NCBI GenBank assembly: GCA_016839555.1 | Contig: JAEOUA010000012.1 | Coordinates: forward strand, 32,001 to 96,000 | Length of the DNA stretch: 64,000 nucleotides | Direction: 5' to 3' | From: Promethearchaeota archaeon | Lineage (GTDB): Archaea > Asgardarchaeota > Lokiarchaeia > Sigyniarchaeales > SOKP01 | Part shown: positions 51,229 to 60,681 of the stretch, one piece after another | Numbering within the stretch: position 1 is the stretch's first letter | Layout: each line of letters opens with the position of its first letter | Position numbers and translations under genes: made by a program | The notes under the pieces: model-generated | Databases searched by the model: none | What the model saw: the letters and a program-made list of their open reading frames with translations, nothing else | What the model was told of the DNA's origin: nothing

Positions 51229-52356
51229 ATGCATCCCTTCCAACTACTTATAAAACCTTGCTCTTATGATTGTAATTTACGATGTACCTATTGTTTTTAT
51301 CTTAGAGTTGGAGATACTGTGTATGCAAATGTGAAAAGGCCACGAATGAATGATGAGGTCCTTGAATCTATGATTTCTCAACTCATGAGTTATAGATTCC
51401 CAGAGTCAATCTTTGGATGGCAAGGGGGTGAGCCCACATTGGCAGGATTAGATTTTTTTAAAAAAGCGGTATCATTTCAACAAAAATATGGAGAATCAGG
51501 TCAAGTAGTTGGCAATGCATTACAAACCAATGGTATCTTAATTAATGAACAATGGGCACAGTTTCTTAGCAAATATAAGTTTTTGGTTGGGCTAAGCCTT
51601 GATGGTCCTAAAGATGTTCATGATAGATATCGGCGAAGTATCAATGGAAAATCTGTGTGGAATAAAGTAATGAATGCAGCTCAATGGTTTCAAAGATATG
51701 GCGTCCAATTTAATATATTATGTGTAATAAGTAAAGCGAATGTAAATCTTGTTAAAGATATATATGAGTTCTTCATAGATAATGGATTTTATCATATGCA
51801 GTTTATTCCTGCTTTAGAGACTGGCGAAAACGGAGAATTAGCCCCTTATTGTATAAACTCGAATCAATATGGAGATTTTTTATGTTCACTTTTTGATATT
51901 TGGAAACAAAATCCAAATTTAGCGTCTATTCGAACTTTTGATGCGATTCTCTCTCATTATCTTGGATATCCCAAAGGAAGTTGTACTTTCCAAAAGAAAT
52001 GTGCAGATTATTTATTAATAGAATATAACGGAGATGTCTATCCTTGCGATTTTTTCGTCCAAGAGAAATATAAAATAGGGAATTTATTGAATACTGAGCT
52101 TTCAAAGTTGAAGCATATTCGGGATAACTCATTTGGCAAAATAAAAACTAAGCTTTCAGATGAGTGTGTGAATTGTAAATGGTTAACTTTATGTTATGGT
52201 GGTTGTATTAAAGATAGAATTTTTCCTGGCAATCATCATCCCGATAGAACCTATTTTTGCGAGGGAAATAAACAATTTTTTGACTACGCTGCGAAATGGT
52301 TTCAAACACAAGCTGAAAGTATTAGAGAACATCTCATAAGAAATAAAAAAATGTAG
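51229..52356 (+). CDS. Anaerobic sulfatase maturase-like radical SAM/SPASM protein
   Basis: CNLRCTYCFY, WQGGEPTL, GDVYPCD, C..C.W...C.GGC. Confidence 0.9.
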   Translation: MHPFQLLIKPCSYDCNLRCTYCFYLRVGDTVYANVKRPRMNDEVLESMISQLMSYRFPESIFGWQGGEPTLAGLDFFKKAVSFQQKYGESGQVVGNALQTNGILINEQWAQFLSKYKFLVGLSLDGPKDVHDRYRRSINGKSVWNKVMNAAQWFQRYGVQFNILCVISKANVNLVKDIYEFFIDNGFYHMQFIPALETGENGELAPYCINSNQYGDFLCSLFDIWKQNPNLASIRTFDAILSHYLGYPKGSCTFQKKCADYLLIEYNGDVYPCDFFVQEKYKIGNLLNTELSKLKHIRDNSFGKIKTKLSDECVNCKWLTLCYGGCIKDRIFPGNHHPDRTYFCEGNKQFFDYAAKWFQTQAESIREHLIRNKKM

Positions 52357-52385
52357 AAAAAGGAATAAATCCTGAAAAATGGAGA

Positions 52386-53282
52386 TTATTGATATTTGAA
52401 ACTTATAGCTTTCATAAGCTCTTTATATCTTGAACGAAGAGTAACCTCTGTGACTCCAATTAAGCTTGCAATCTCTTTTTGGCTTACCTTTTTATTTCGA
52501 AATTTAGAAACAAGATAAATTACTCCCGCGCAATATCCTTTTGGATCTTTCCCACATATATGATTCTTTTTATAATAAAATCTGAGAATTTTAATACATT
52601 CCTTTTCAATATCAACGCAAAGTCCTAAGTCAGCACAGTAGCGGGGAATTAAACACACGGGATCGACATTATGCATTTGTAATCCAAGCTCCTTTACCAA
52701 GACCTTATAACATTTCTTCACAACCTTATCACTTATCGAACTTTCGTCTAATATTTCTTGTAAAGTAATAGGTATTTTTTCTTGCTTACATTTATAATAT
52801 GCGCATGCAGCTATCATTCCGTTAATGGAACGTCCTCGTAAGAGGTTTTTATCGAATACTTTTTTATATAATTTCACCGCCGCTTTCTTGACATGCTCGG
52901 GAAAATTTAAATTGCTACCAATTCTCTTTAATTCGGTAATTGCGATTAACATATTTCGGTTCTTCCACGATAAATGAGTGTTCCATTTTGCAGCGCGACG
53001 AAGGTCTTGGTTTCGGATTTCTGATTGATCTATTATGGTAGATAATCCAATATCTGGTACTAAGATGGTTATTGGTCCTCCTGTTCTACTTTTTCTCTCT
53101 TTTTCCCCTTTTGTATATGCTCTTATACCACTATGAGAAAGATCTAACAATCGGTCTTGAACAATTAACCCACATTCTCTACACACAATCTCTCCCCTCT
53201 CATTAATTATTATTGTAGTCCCTTTACATTCAGGACAAACATGCGTAGAGTCATAGATAATTGCTTTTTCCGTTTCAACCAT
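52386..53282 (-). CDS. tfb: Transcription initiation factor TFB (paralog)
   Basis: CPEC..GEIVCRECG zinc ribbon, two cyclin folds, GVTEVTLRSRYKEL. Confidence 0.93.
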   Translation of the reverse strand: MVETEKAIIYDSTHVCPECKGTTIIINERGEIVCRECGLIVQDRLLDLSHSGIRAYTKGEKERKSRTGGPITILVPDIGLSTIIDQSEIRNQDLRRAAKWNTHLSWKNRNMLIAITELKRIGSNLNFPEHVKKAAVKLYKKVFDKNLLRGRSINGMIAACAYYKCKQEKIPITLQEILDESSISDKVVKKCYKVLVKELGLQMHNVDPVCLIPRYCADLGLCVDIEKECIKILRFYYKKNHICGKDPKGYCAGVIYLVSKFRNKKVSQKEIASLIGVTEVTLRSRYKELMKAISFKYQ

Positions 53283-53630
53283 TTTTACCTATCCCTTAAA
53301 ATTAGTAAATTTTGTGTAAAAATTATGTTTTTATATACAAACCGATAGTATTTTTATACACAAAACGCCTTTTTTTATAATAATATATAAGATGACATAA
53401 TAATATTTAAACCCTTTGTTGTAAAAAATTGTAACAACTATCCGTACAAACTTAACATTAACTACTAAATATATATTAAAAAAAATAATATTAATATTCC
53501 GACAAAAAGCTATATTTGTAAATCTTTTCAACATATATCAAACATTTTTTGGAATTATACTAAAACTTAAATTAATCCTCTTTTATTATAGAATCGGTAT
53601 TCTTTTTTGTGGTAAAAAAATAACTAAAGT

Positions 53631-54560
53631 GTGATCAAAATTAATCGGAGAACTGAGGAAGAAATCAACGAGATAGTCAATAGATTTCAAGAAGGAGATA
53701 TAATACCTAAGATTCAAGAATTGGTCAATGCATATGAAGAAGAATCAGGGAAATACGCCATGTGGCGCGATAAGGTCACGGAAGGATTCAAAAAATGGTT
53801 AAAAGGAGAAAAAATATATACAAGGGACAAAGAGAGAATTTCTTTATATGTATCCGAAAATAGGAAAAGTAAATGGTTAGAATTTATTAAAAAGCATAAT
53901 ATAAGTACCCTCTCTAAATTAATTCGCCAAAGTGTACAATATTATATAGACAAACACTCAGAATCACACATAGATCAATCTCATCTTAATGAGAGAAAAA
54001 TTTCTAATATATCTCATTCACTTAAAGAACCCCTTACCGCGATAAAAGGATTTAGCCAATTATTGTTAGAAAATTACCAAGATCAACTAAATAATGAAGT
54101 TATGGAAAATATAGAAAATATTTTCGAGCAAAGCCGCATATTAGAGAGAAAAATCAAAAATATCATTGAAAATATTAAAGAAGAACCCTCTGAATTTGAT
54201 ATCTTACTGATTGAGGATGATCCAGCAACCATAAAATTATTGACAAGCTATTTCACGAATAAAGGGTATAAGTGCAAAGGTACAATAACTGGAGCGAGGG
54301 GATTGGAAGAATTAAGAATTAATATTCCGAAGCTAATCCTATTGGATATTATATTACCTGATTTAAGTGGATATGATCTCTGCAAAAGAATAAAAAAAGA
54401 CGATAAACTAAAAAAGATTCCTGTGTATATCCTTACTGCCATACCAGGTTCAGAAGTCGAAAATAAAATTAATGAGGTAAAAGCGGATGGCTATATTTTA
54501 AAACCCTTTGAATTTAACGACTTTAAACCATTATTTAAATATTTAGAACCATCAACCTAA
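53631..54560 (+). CDS. Response regulator with RHH-like and HisKA domains, no HATPase
   Basis: ISHSLKEPLTAIKGF H-box; receiver IEDD, LLDIILP, KPF. Confidence 0.8.
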   Translation: MIKINRRTEEEINEIVNRFQEGDIIPKIQELVNAYEEESGKYAMWRDKVTEGFKKWLKGEKIYTRDKERISLYVSENRKSKWLEFIKKHNISTLSKLIRQSVQYYIDKHSESHIDQSHLNERKISNISHSLKEPLTAIKGFSQLLLENYQDQLNNEVMENIENIFEQSRILERKIKNIIENIKEEPSEFDILLIEDDPATIKLLTSYFTNKGYKCKGTITGARGLEELRINIPKLILLDIILPDLSGYDLCKRIKKDDKLKKIPVYILTAIPGSEVENKINEVKADGYILKPFEFNDFKPLFKYLEPST

Positions 54561-54632
54561 CATAATAATTATAAAGGAATGTTTAGGTTTACGCTTTCCC
54601 TTAAATTTATTATATTTTTTAAATTAGTAGCT

Positions 54633-55604
54633 TTAAGTCTCTCTATTTATAAAATATCTAAATGTGATTACTTTCATAAGAATGGTGAGGCTTATGATTA
54701 AAATAATTGAAAAGATAGGCGATATGTAACTTTTATTGTCCAATAGCCATCCTGGAATCTCAATTTGATACAAAAGGGGAGGGTAATTCCCAATAAGGAG
54801 CATTAAAAAAAAATTTCGGATTGAGTTTGAGGGATTAAAATTTGTTTGAATTAGAAATAAATAGATATTCCCAAAGTGGTAATTTAAATCCATATAAACC
54901 AAGAAAAAATTCTTATAGATACTCAGACCATACCCTTCAGATGAATAAAGTATAATCGGTTTTATAAACGTTAATATCAGAAAAATAAATATAATAAATT
55001 CTATAACTAGAGTTCTTACTTTTTGTGGAATATTAATTATACTTGAGATCAAAACTGTGAATGATTCAAAAAACATCAAAATAATTAAAGTATAGATAAA
55101 TTGAAGTAAAAAGAAAGAAAAGATACTGTAAAATAACTGGAAAAAATAACAAATCAAGCAAAAGATAAATAAAGAGACAAAACTGAGTATCATCCCATAA
55201 GTAAATATAGCGACTATTTTCATCAATAATATAGCTTTATAAGATATTTCACTATACCCTCCTTCTAATTTCGTTTTCTCTGTTAATTCTTTTGGAATAA
55301 ATGATGATATGAGTATAGAGAGTACGCATGGAAAAATAAGGGAATAGGAAAAAAAGGAAATTATTCCTATATTTCCAAAATCAACTATAGAAATACTTTC
55401 AATAAACGGATTTTTACAATAAACCAAAAAATAAGTTGAAAAGAGTGAGAGAAGGGGTAATACCAAAATAGAAATTAAAAATGCTATAAATTGCCAAACG
55501 TTAAATAAATCTTCCCATAACAGCTTTGTAAAGAGATTATATTTAGAATATGGAGTCTTTAAAAATGAATTCTCTGTTTTATCTTCCTGCATTTTTTTAA
55601 TCAT
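54633..55604 (-). CDS. Membrane protein, ABC-2-type permease-like
   Basis: About 6 hydrophobic segments. Confidence 0.5.
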   Translation of the reverse strand: MIKKMQEDKTENSFLKTPYSKYNLFTKLLWEDLFNVWQFIAFLISILVLPLLSLFSTYFLVYCKNPFIESISIVDFGNIGIISFFSYSLIFPCVLSILISSFIPKELTEKTKLEGGYSEISYKAILLMKIVAIFTYGMILSFVSLFIFCLICYFFQLFYSIFSFFLLQFIYTLIILMFFESFTVLISSIINIPQKVRTLVIEFIIFIFLILTFIKPIILYSSEGYGLSIYKNFFLVYMDLNYHFGNIYLFLIQTNFNPSNSIRNFFLMLLIGNYPPLLYQIEIPGWLLDNKSYISPIFSIILIISLTILMKVITFRYFINRET

Positions 55605-55714
55605 TTCTTCTTAAGAATGAAATTTATAAATAACTAATTATTTTTTACATTCATCTTTTTAAAGAGAATGAATTATTTTTACCCCACTTAATTAAATTTA
55701 ACTTTTAGAAAAAG

Positions 55715-55808
55715 CGGGCCATGTGGGAATTTCGACTTATCTTAAGTTTTCGAACCCACGACCTGCAGGTTAAGAGCCTGTTGCGCTACCTGACTGCGCT
55801 AATGGCCC
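55715..55808 (-). tRNA. tRNA-Lys(CTT) with 20-nt T-loop intron (55729..55748)
   Basis: Acceptor GGGCCAT/ATGGCCC; loop CTCTTAA; perfect BHB TTCG/CGAA with bulges AAA and ATT restores GGGTTCGAATCCC. Confidence 0.92.
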
Positions 55809-55986
55809 ATCTCTATATAAATAGAGAAGCTTCTCATCCGTATAATAATAGAGATAAATTAGATGTTATATCCATTTAAAATTAAGCATATTATAATAAT
55901 TTTATTGAAAAGGTAAAGGTATATTTAAAAAATATTCTGAAATGAGATAATTCTCATAATACCTGCCAAAAGGTTTATAACTTGAG

Positions 55987-56086
55987 CGCAGGTGGAGGGA
56001 TTTGAACCCTCGAGCGCTCTCGCGCACTGGCTTACTTTGCTTGCGCAGCTCTCAAGGCCAGCGTCTTACCACTAGGCTACACCTGC
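55987..56086 (-). tRNA. tRNA-Ser(TGA) with 18-nt canonical 37/38 intron (56033..56050)
   Basis: GCAGGTG/CACCTGC acceptor, CTGGC/GCCAG stem, long variable arm, G discriminator. Confidence 0.9.
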
Positions 56087-56429
56087 TTGAACTATATAAT
56101 TCGTGATAATTAATATCTTTTTTCTCTCGTTTTTAATAAATCTACTTCTCTATTTTATTTTTACTGTTTTTGAAAGAAAGAGCACTTATAGGGTATAATC
56201 ATAATTATCAAAAATTAATATCGGAAAATGTGAAGGAAAAAAGCTAAAAATCCCAGTAAATGATTCCTTTACCTATACAATATTACGAACTTTAATCAGA
56301 AATCCATTTCAATTCAAATAAATCAAGTGTAATTTAAGATCTTTTTGTACACGAAAACATCAAATTCAAATTCTTAAATTCATTTAAAACAGTAACAAAT
56401 ATAATTTATTTCTATTTGGTGGTATAATT

Positions 56430-56906
56430 TTGTCAGCAGAGAACTTCCGATACCTCATTCCAGAAAAAATATTTTATGAAATTACCGATAAAGCTAAGGA
56501 GGCATATCCTTATATTGAACACTATTGGATTTTTGCCGATAGAAAAGAAAATTTTGGAATTGTAAACAAATTCATCGTGAATGAGGATTTGAAGAAAACT
56601 AAGAAACATGTAAAACCCAGAAGTTGGATGCGCTATAAGAAATCAAAGATCTATAATATGCGTAAATTTAAAGAAGAAATGGGCGTTGATATCGTGTGGC
56701 AAGCTCACACTCATCCCTCTGGACAAGAAAAGCTCCATACAATTGATAAAAGAATTTTAAAATATCTTTCCAATGGCGTGATGATTATTATTATTCCTCC
56801 AGTCGAGGAGAAAAACCAGAAGGCTCATTTAGTTGGGTGGTATTATGATAAGAGATATACTAAAAAGCCTATCATTGATAAAATGGTCTTTGAAATAATC
56901 CAATAA
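56430..56906 (+). CDS. JAB/MPN (JAMM)-domain protein
   Basis: N-terminal Glu plus HTHPSGQEKLHTID (HxH...D; Ser position is His). Confidence 0.7.
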   Translation: MSAENFRYLIPEKIFYEITDKAKEAYPYIEHYWIFADRKENFGIVNKFIVNEDLKKTKKHVKPRSWMRYKKSKIYNMRKFKEEMGVDIVWQAHTHPSGQEKLHTIDKRILKYLSNGVMIIIIPPVEEKNQKAHLVGWYYDKRYTKKPIIDKMVFEIIQ

Positions 56907-57039
56907 ATTATTTAACAAATCCAAGAACCATCGCTTAAAAGTTGCTTGTTCAGATCCAAATTATCTTCTTTTCTTTTGATCTTAATTGGTAAAATATTAA
57001 AATTTTAGAATGTTATAATTCTAGTATATATAAGCCCAA

Positions 57040-57148
57040 GCTCAAGTCGCTTAGCCTGGTAGAACGAGTAATTAATAGCCTGCCAAAAGCGCTGGTCTGC
57101 TAAACCAGTACGTTGATGCGTGCGTGGGTTCAAATCCCACCTTGAGCG
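57040..57148 (+). tRNA. tRNA-Ser(GCT) with 25-nt D-arm intron (57063..57087)
   Basis: GCTCAAG/CTTGAGC acceptor; CTGGT-CTGCTAA-ACCAG; helix TGGT/GCCA with bulges AGA and AAA restores GCTTAGCCTGGTAGAGC. Confidence 0.9.
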
Positions 57149-57175
57149 CTTATATCTTGTATAAGAAATAAAAAT

Positions 57176-57284
57176 GAGCCCGTAGTCTAGCTGGTTATGA
57201 CGTCGCGTTTATCTTTGAACATATTCGTTCAAAATAGCGAATACACCGCGAAGATCGGGAGTTCGAATCTCTCCGGGCTCACCA
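57176..57284 (+). tRNA. tRNA-Val(TAC) with 32-nt anticodon-loop intron (about 57210..57241), encoded CCA
   Basis: GAGCCCG/CGGGCTC-ACCA; Val-type D arm; removing 32 nt gives TCGCG-TTTACAC-CGCGA; exact junction ambiguous by 1-2 nt. Confidence 0.82.
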
Positions 57285-57300
57285 CTTCTCATATTCTTAT

Positions 57301-58086
57301 TCACTCTCTAAGCTTTCTTATTCTTTCAGGGCTAAGAACACTAAATTTACAGCCCTCCAAGAGATTTCCAATCTCAGCGATGATCCCTCGCGCATTAGTC
57401 CCTTTTTTTAGGAAAACTAAGTGTTCCAAAAAACCATAACTTTTAAAAGAAATTATATCTTGGAGATGCCCCTTGTTAATAAGCGCGTTTTTCAATTGAG
57501 CTTTAGTCTCTCCACATAGAAATAATCCTTCGATATTCTCTTTAATGATTTTTTTATAAATTGATAATGAATTCTCGGCTAGTTCTCCTTCAAGATTGTT
57601 TTTCTCATTATTAAATTCTATAATTTTTATACATATGGGAAAATGATTGATAAAATCATATATATTGATAATTTTTTTTAAAGAAACCTTTCTTTCATCA
57701 GCTAATTGTGTCCTTAATTTATATAAAGGGATTAGGACATCTATAGGGGGATCAATAACACCACAATCAAAGAATAATCCAAATCCCACTCTTCCTACAT
57801 TAACCAGAGTTCCTTTTAAAATATCTCCCTTCTTAATCTCATTAAATTTAATAACCCTTCCAATTTCCGCTTCCAGAAGATTTTTCACAAATAATTCATC
57901 AGGGCCATCAATAAGAATTTCAAATCTAGAGTCAATTTCTCTCAGTTTTAGTATTTCAATAGAAGTCTGAGAAAATCCTTTTATCAACTCATTTAAATAT
58001 TTTTTATATCGTTTAAAAATATCCTTTTTTCGGCGTTCTAAGGAGATATTATAAATTTTATCATATAAAATTAGTCTTATAACCAT
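57301..58086 (-). CDS. DUF2110 family protein (S1/OB-like)
   Basis: GRVGFGLFFD, GFLEH...GTNARGIIAEIG. Confidence 0.75.
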   Translation of the reverse strand: MVIRLILYDKIYNISLERRKKDIFKRYKKYLNELIKGFSQTSIEILKLREIDSRFEILIDGPDELFVKNLLEAEIGRVIKFNEIKKGDILKGTLVNVGRVGFGLFFDCGVIDPPIDVLIPLYKLRTQLADERKVSLKKIINIYDFINHFPICIKIIEFNNEKNNLEGELAENSLSIYKKIIKENIEGLFLCGETKAQLKNALINKGHLQDIISFKSYGFLEHLVFLKKGTNARGIIAEIGNLLEGCKFSVLSPERIRKLRE

Positions 58087-58240
58087 TTCTCTCGTATTAA
58101 ATAAAGTATCAAAATTTTTGAAAATTTGTAATTTCCAATAGAAAAATAGAGAAATTTGATATTTTTATCAAAATTTAAATGGATAAATCATTATTTTTTC
58201 TATAAGGAATAAGAATGTAAAGAATTTCTAAAAATATAGT

Positions 58241-58621
58241 ATGAACCACCAACAATTTCAAAGAATAATAGATGATTTGAATCAGTATAAAGGGGTTGAA
58301 ATTGTTCTTCTCTTAAATTCTGAAGGCGAAATATTATTTACATCCCAATTGGACTTAGATCCAATTGAGATTAAAATACTGTTTAAAGCATGGAAGGAGA
58401 GAGAAAGTTCTATTATTTTTAAAAATCAAAGATATGCAGTATTGAAAAATGATGATATCCAATTAGCCGCAAAAAATACTACCGGGAAAAAAGGAAATAT
58501 CGCGGGCTCCATCACCAATGAAGGAGATTATCTTATGGCTCATATATCGAATAATACTGAATTGACCTTATTAGAATGGTCCATCCACGTAAATAAGCTT
58601 GCGTGGCAAAGCTATTCTTGA
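58241..58621 (+). CDS. Asgard profilin-like protein
   Basis: 126 aa; IIDDL...VLLLNSEGEIL...IIFKNQRYAVLKND..LAAKNTTGKKGNI...YLMAH matches the profilin strand pattern. Confidence 0.72.
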   Translation: MNHQQFQRIIDDLNQYKGVEIVLLLNSEGEILFTSQLDLDPIEIKILFKAWKERESSIIFKNQRYAVLKNDDIQLAAKNTTGKKGNIAGSITNEGDYLMAHISNNTELTLLEWSIHVNKLAWQSYS

Positions 58622-58703
58622 ACGAACTTCTTTCACTCATTCATTAGTACTCTTTAAATAAGGTCAAAAATAGATTTTTAAAACTATATATGTTAATTGA
58701 AAT

Positions 58704-59648
58704 ATGAAACTCGACAACTTTGATATTTTTTATATAATAGGCATTATAAGTTCTTCTGTAATCATGATTATCTTGATTACCTTTTTTTTTTATGGGATAC
58801 CTCTAATAGACTATTTTTATTTGATCTTTTTTTGGACGATTAAATTTCTCTCTGGATTTGGTTTGATTTTGACTATCACTAATGGGTTTTTTTTTTTATT
58901 CAAATTTATGAAGGAAAGAATTTCTAAAAGAACCTTAAATGTTTTTATTACCATACAACTTATTTCATGTGCAATATTAATTGGCTATGGAATCTATGGA
59001 ATTATTTCAAGCTATTATGAATCAAATATTCCATCACCAGAATTTATGGAATGGGTTGATATCATTGTTTTCTCATTCGGGTTAATATCAATTTCATTGA
59101 CTTTATATCTTATCCCTTTATTTAGAGAAGAGTTTCAAGACGTATTTGAACAAGGCAACTTCTCACGGATCACTGGAAAGGTTAAAATAGTAAGCAGAAA
59201 TGTCAAGAAAAAATATTACGCTTTTAGAAGACAATATGTAAGACTGCAGATGAAAGATCATACCACAATTAAAGATATCTTACAAATTTGGAGAAATAAA
59301 TTTGCTGTCTATCTCTTAATCCCCATGGGCATAGGATGTTTTCTCTTTACTCCAATCACTTTTGTCTTTATAGTGTTTTGGATTAAGTTTTTTATTTTTG
59401 ATGGAGAACCTCAATCCTATGAAAGGATTGCCTTGATTATAAGTATAGTTTTTATTGTCATAATCTCGATTCTGTCTTATATTTTTGATTGGGTCTTTTA
59501 TTCTGCCATTTCGGAGTTCTTTTGGACTATATACATTTTTTATTTAATTGGAATTGTGGTTGGTTCTGCGATATTTATATATCATTTCACCAAATTAAAA
59601 GGAATTACGTTGCAACATATTACAGATAAAATCAGAGATATAACATAA
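58704..59648 (+). CDS. Hypothetical polytopic membrane protein
   Basis: About 7-8 TM segments flanking a basic cytoplasmic loop. Confidence 0.65.
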   Translation: MKLDNFDIFYIIGIISSSVIMIILITFFFYGIPLIDYFYLIFFWTIKFLSGFGLILTITNGFFFLFKFMKERISKRTLNVFITIQLISCAILIGYGIYGIISSYYESNIPSPEFMEWVDIIVFSFGLISISLTLYLIPLFREEFQDVFEQGNFSRITGKVKIVSRNVKKKYYAFRRQYVRLQMKDHTTIKDILQIWRNKFAVYLLIPMGIGCFLFTPITFVFIVFWIKFFIFDGEPQSYERIALIISIVFIVIISILSYIFDWVFYSAISEFFWTIYIFYLIGIVVGSAIFIYHFTKLKGITLQHITDKIRDIT

Positions 59649-59836
59649 GGTTATTTATTTATTCTTTGTTTTTCATATTATGCAGGTCTTTCCCCTTTTT
59701 TGCTCTTTTTATGCTTTATAGAGATCAATTCTTTTTCGATAATTTGTTAAAGGAAAATTTAATTATTGTTGAATTATTAGTATAATTAAAAATTAATACA
59801 CTTAATTAAAAGAATTAATTATAGGTGAGATAAACC

Positions 59837-60556
59837 ATTTTCAGCCAACAAGGCCGCGGCTACGATATGGCCATTACGCAGTTTTCCCCCGAAGGAAGAC
59901 TCTTTCAAGTAGAGTATGCAATTGAGGCTGTGAGGCGAGGAACTACAGCTATTTGTGCGAGAAATAAAAATTCGGTAGTATTCGCAGTTGAGAAAAAGAA
60001 AGCCCAGCTTCAAGAAACCCTCGGTTCAGAAAAGATCTTTAAAATTGATGAACATATTGGCGTCGCCATTGCAGGTTTAACTGCTGATGCCCGAGTGCTT
60101 ATAGATAAGGGCAGACTTCAAGCACAGATTCATCTTTTAAATTATGATGAAAAAATCACAGTAAAAGAGCTCACGTTAGAGATTTGCGAAATTCTTCAAG
60201 CATATACACAGAATGCGGGAGTAAGACCATTTGGAGTATCATTTTTAATTGCTGGAATTAACCCGAATGACAGTACGGGGTTATTTTTAACGGATCCATC
60301 CGGGGCTCTATGGGGCTATAAAGCGTTCGCAATTGGTTCGGGAGCTAACGAAGCAAGAACATTTTTGGAAGAAAACTATGATGAAAATATCTCCGATGAG
60401 GATTTAAAACTATTGCCCTTAAAAACACTAAAAGAGGTTATGGGCGAGGAGAACCTCTCTGAGCATACTTGTGATGTTGCATATATCTTACGAGAGGATA
60501 AGAAGTTTAAATTGCTCAATGTGGAGGAAAAAAAAGAACTTTTATCTAAAATTTAG
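59837..60556 (+). CDS. psmA: Proteasome alpha subunit (ATT start)
   Basis: SD AGGTGA at 59823; ATT-TTC... gives (M)FSQQGRGYDMAITQFSPEGRLFQVEYA; RPFGVS. Confidence 0.95.
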   Translation: MFSQQGRGYDMAITQFSPEGRLFQVEYAIEAVRRGTTAICARNKNSVVFAVEKKKAQLQETLGSEKIFKIDEHIGVAIAGLTADARVLIDKGRLQAQIHLLNYDEKITVKELTLEICEILQAYTQNAGVRPFGVSFLIAGINPNDSTGLFLTDPSGALWGYKAFAIGSGANEARTFLEENYDENISDEDLKLLPLKTLKEVMGEENLSEHTCDVAYILREDKKFKLLNVEEKKELLSKI

Positions 60557-60681
60557 TTTTTATCCTATTATTTTTTACGCTACCTTAAGGATTTTTATTC
60601 TGCACGTGAGTTTTTAAATTAATTATAATTTACTATATTTAGAAAAATAAAATAAATAACAATAGAACTTAGGGATAACCT

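Noticed and set aside
55605-57300. tRNA cluster as an integration site for a mobile element
   Set aside because: No integrase and no duplicated tRNA 3' end (att repeat) seen.
57197-57439. 80-aa ORF
   Set aside because: Overlaps the tRNA-Val gene and the antisense strand of the DUF2110 gene.
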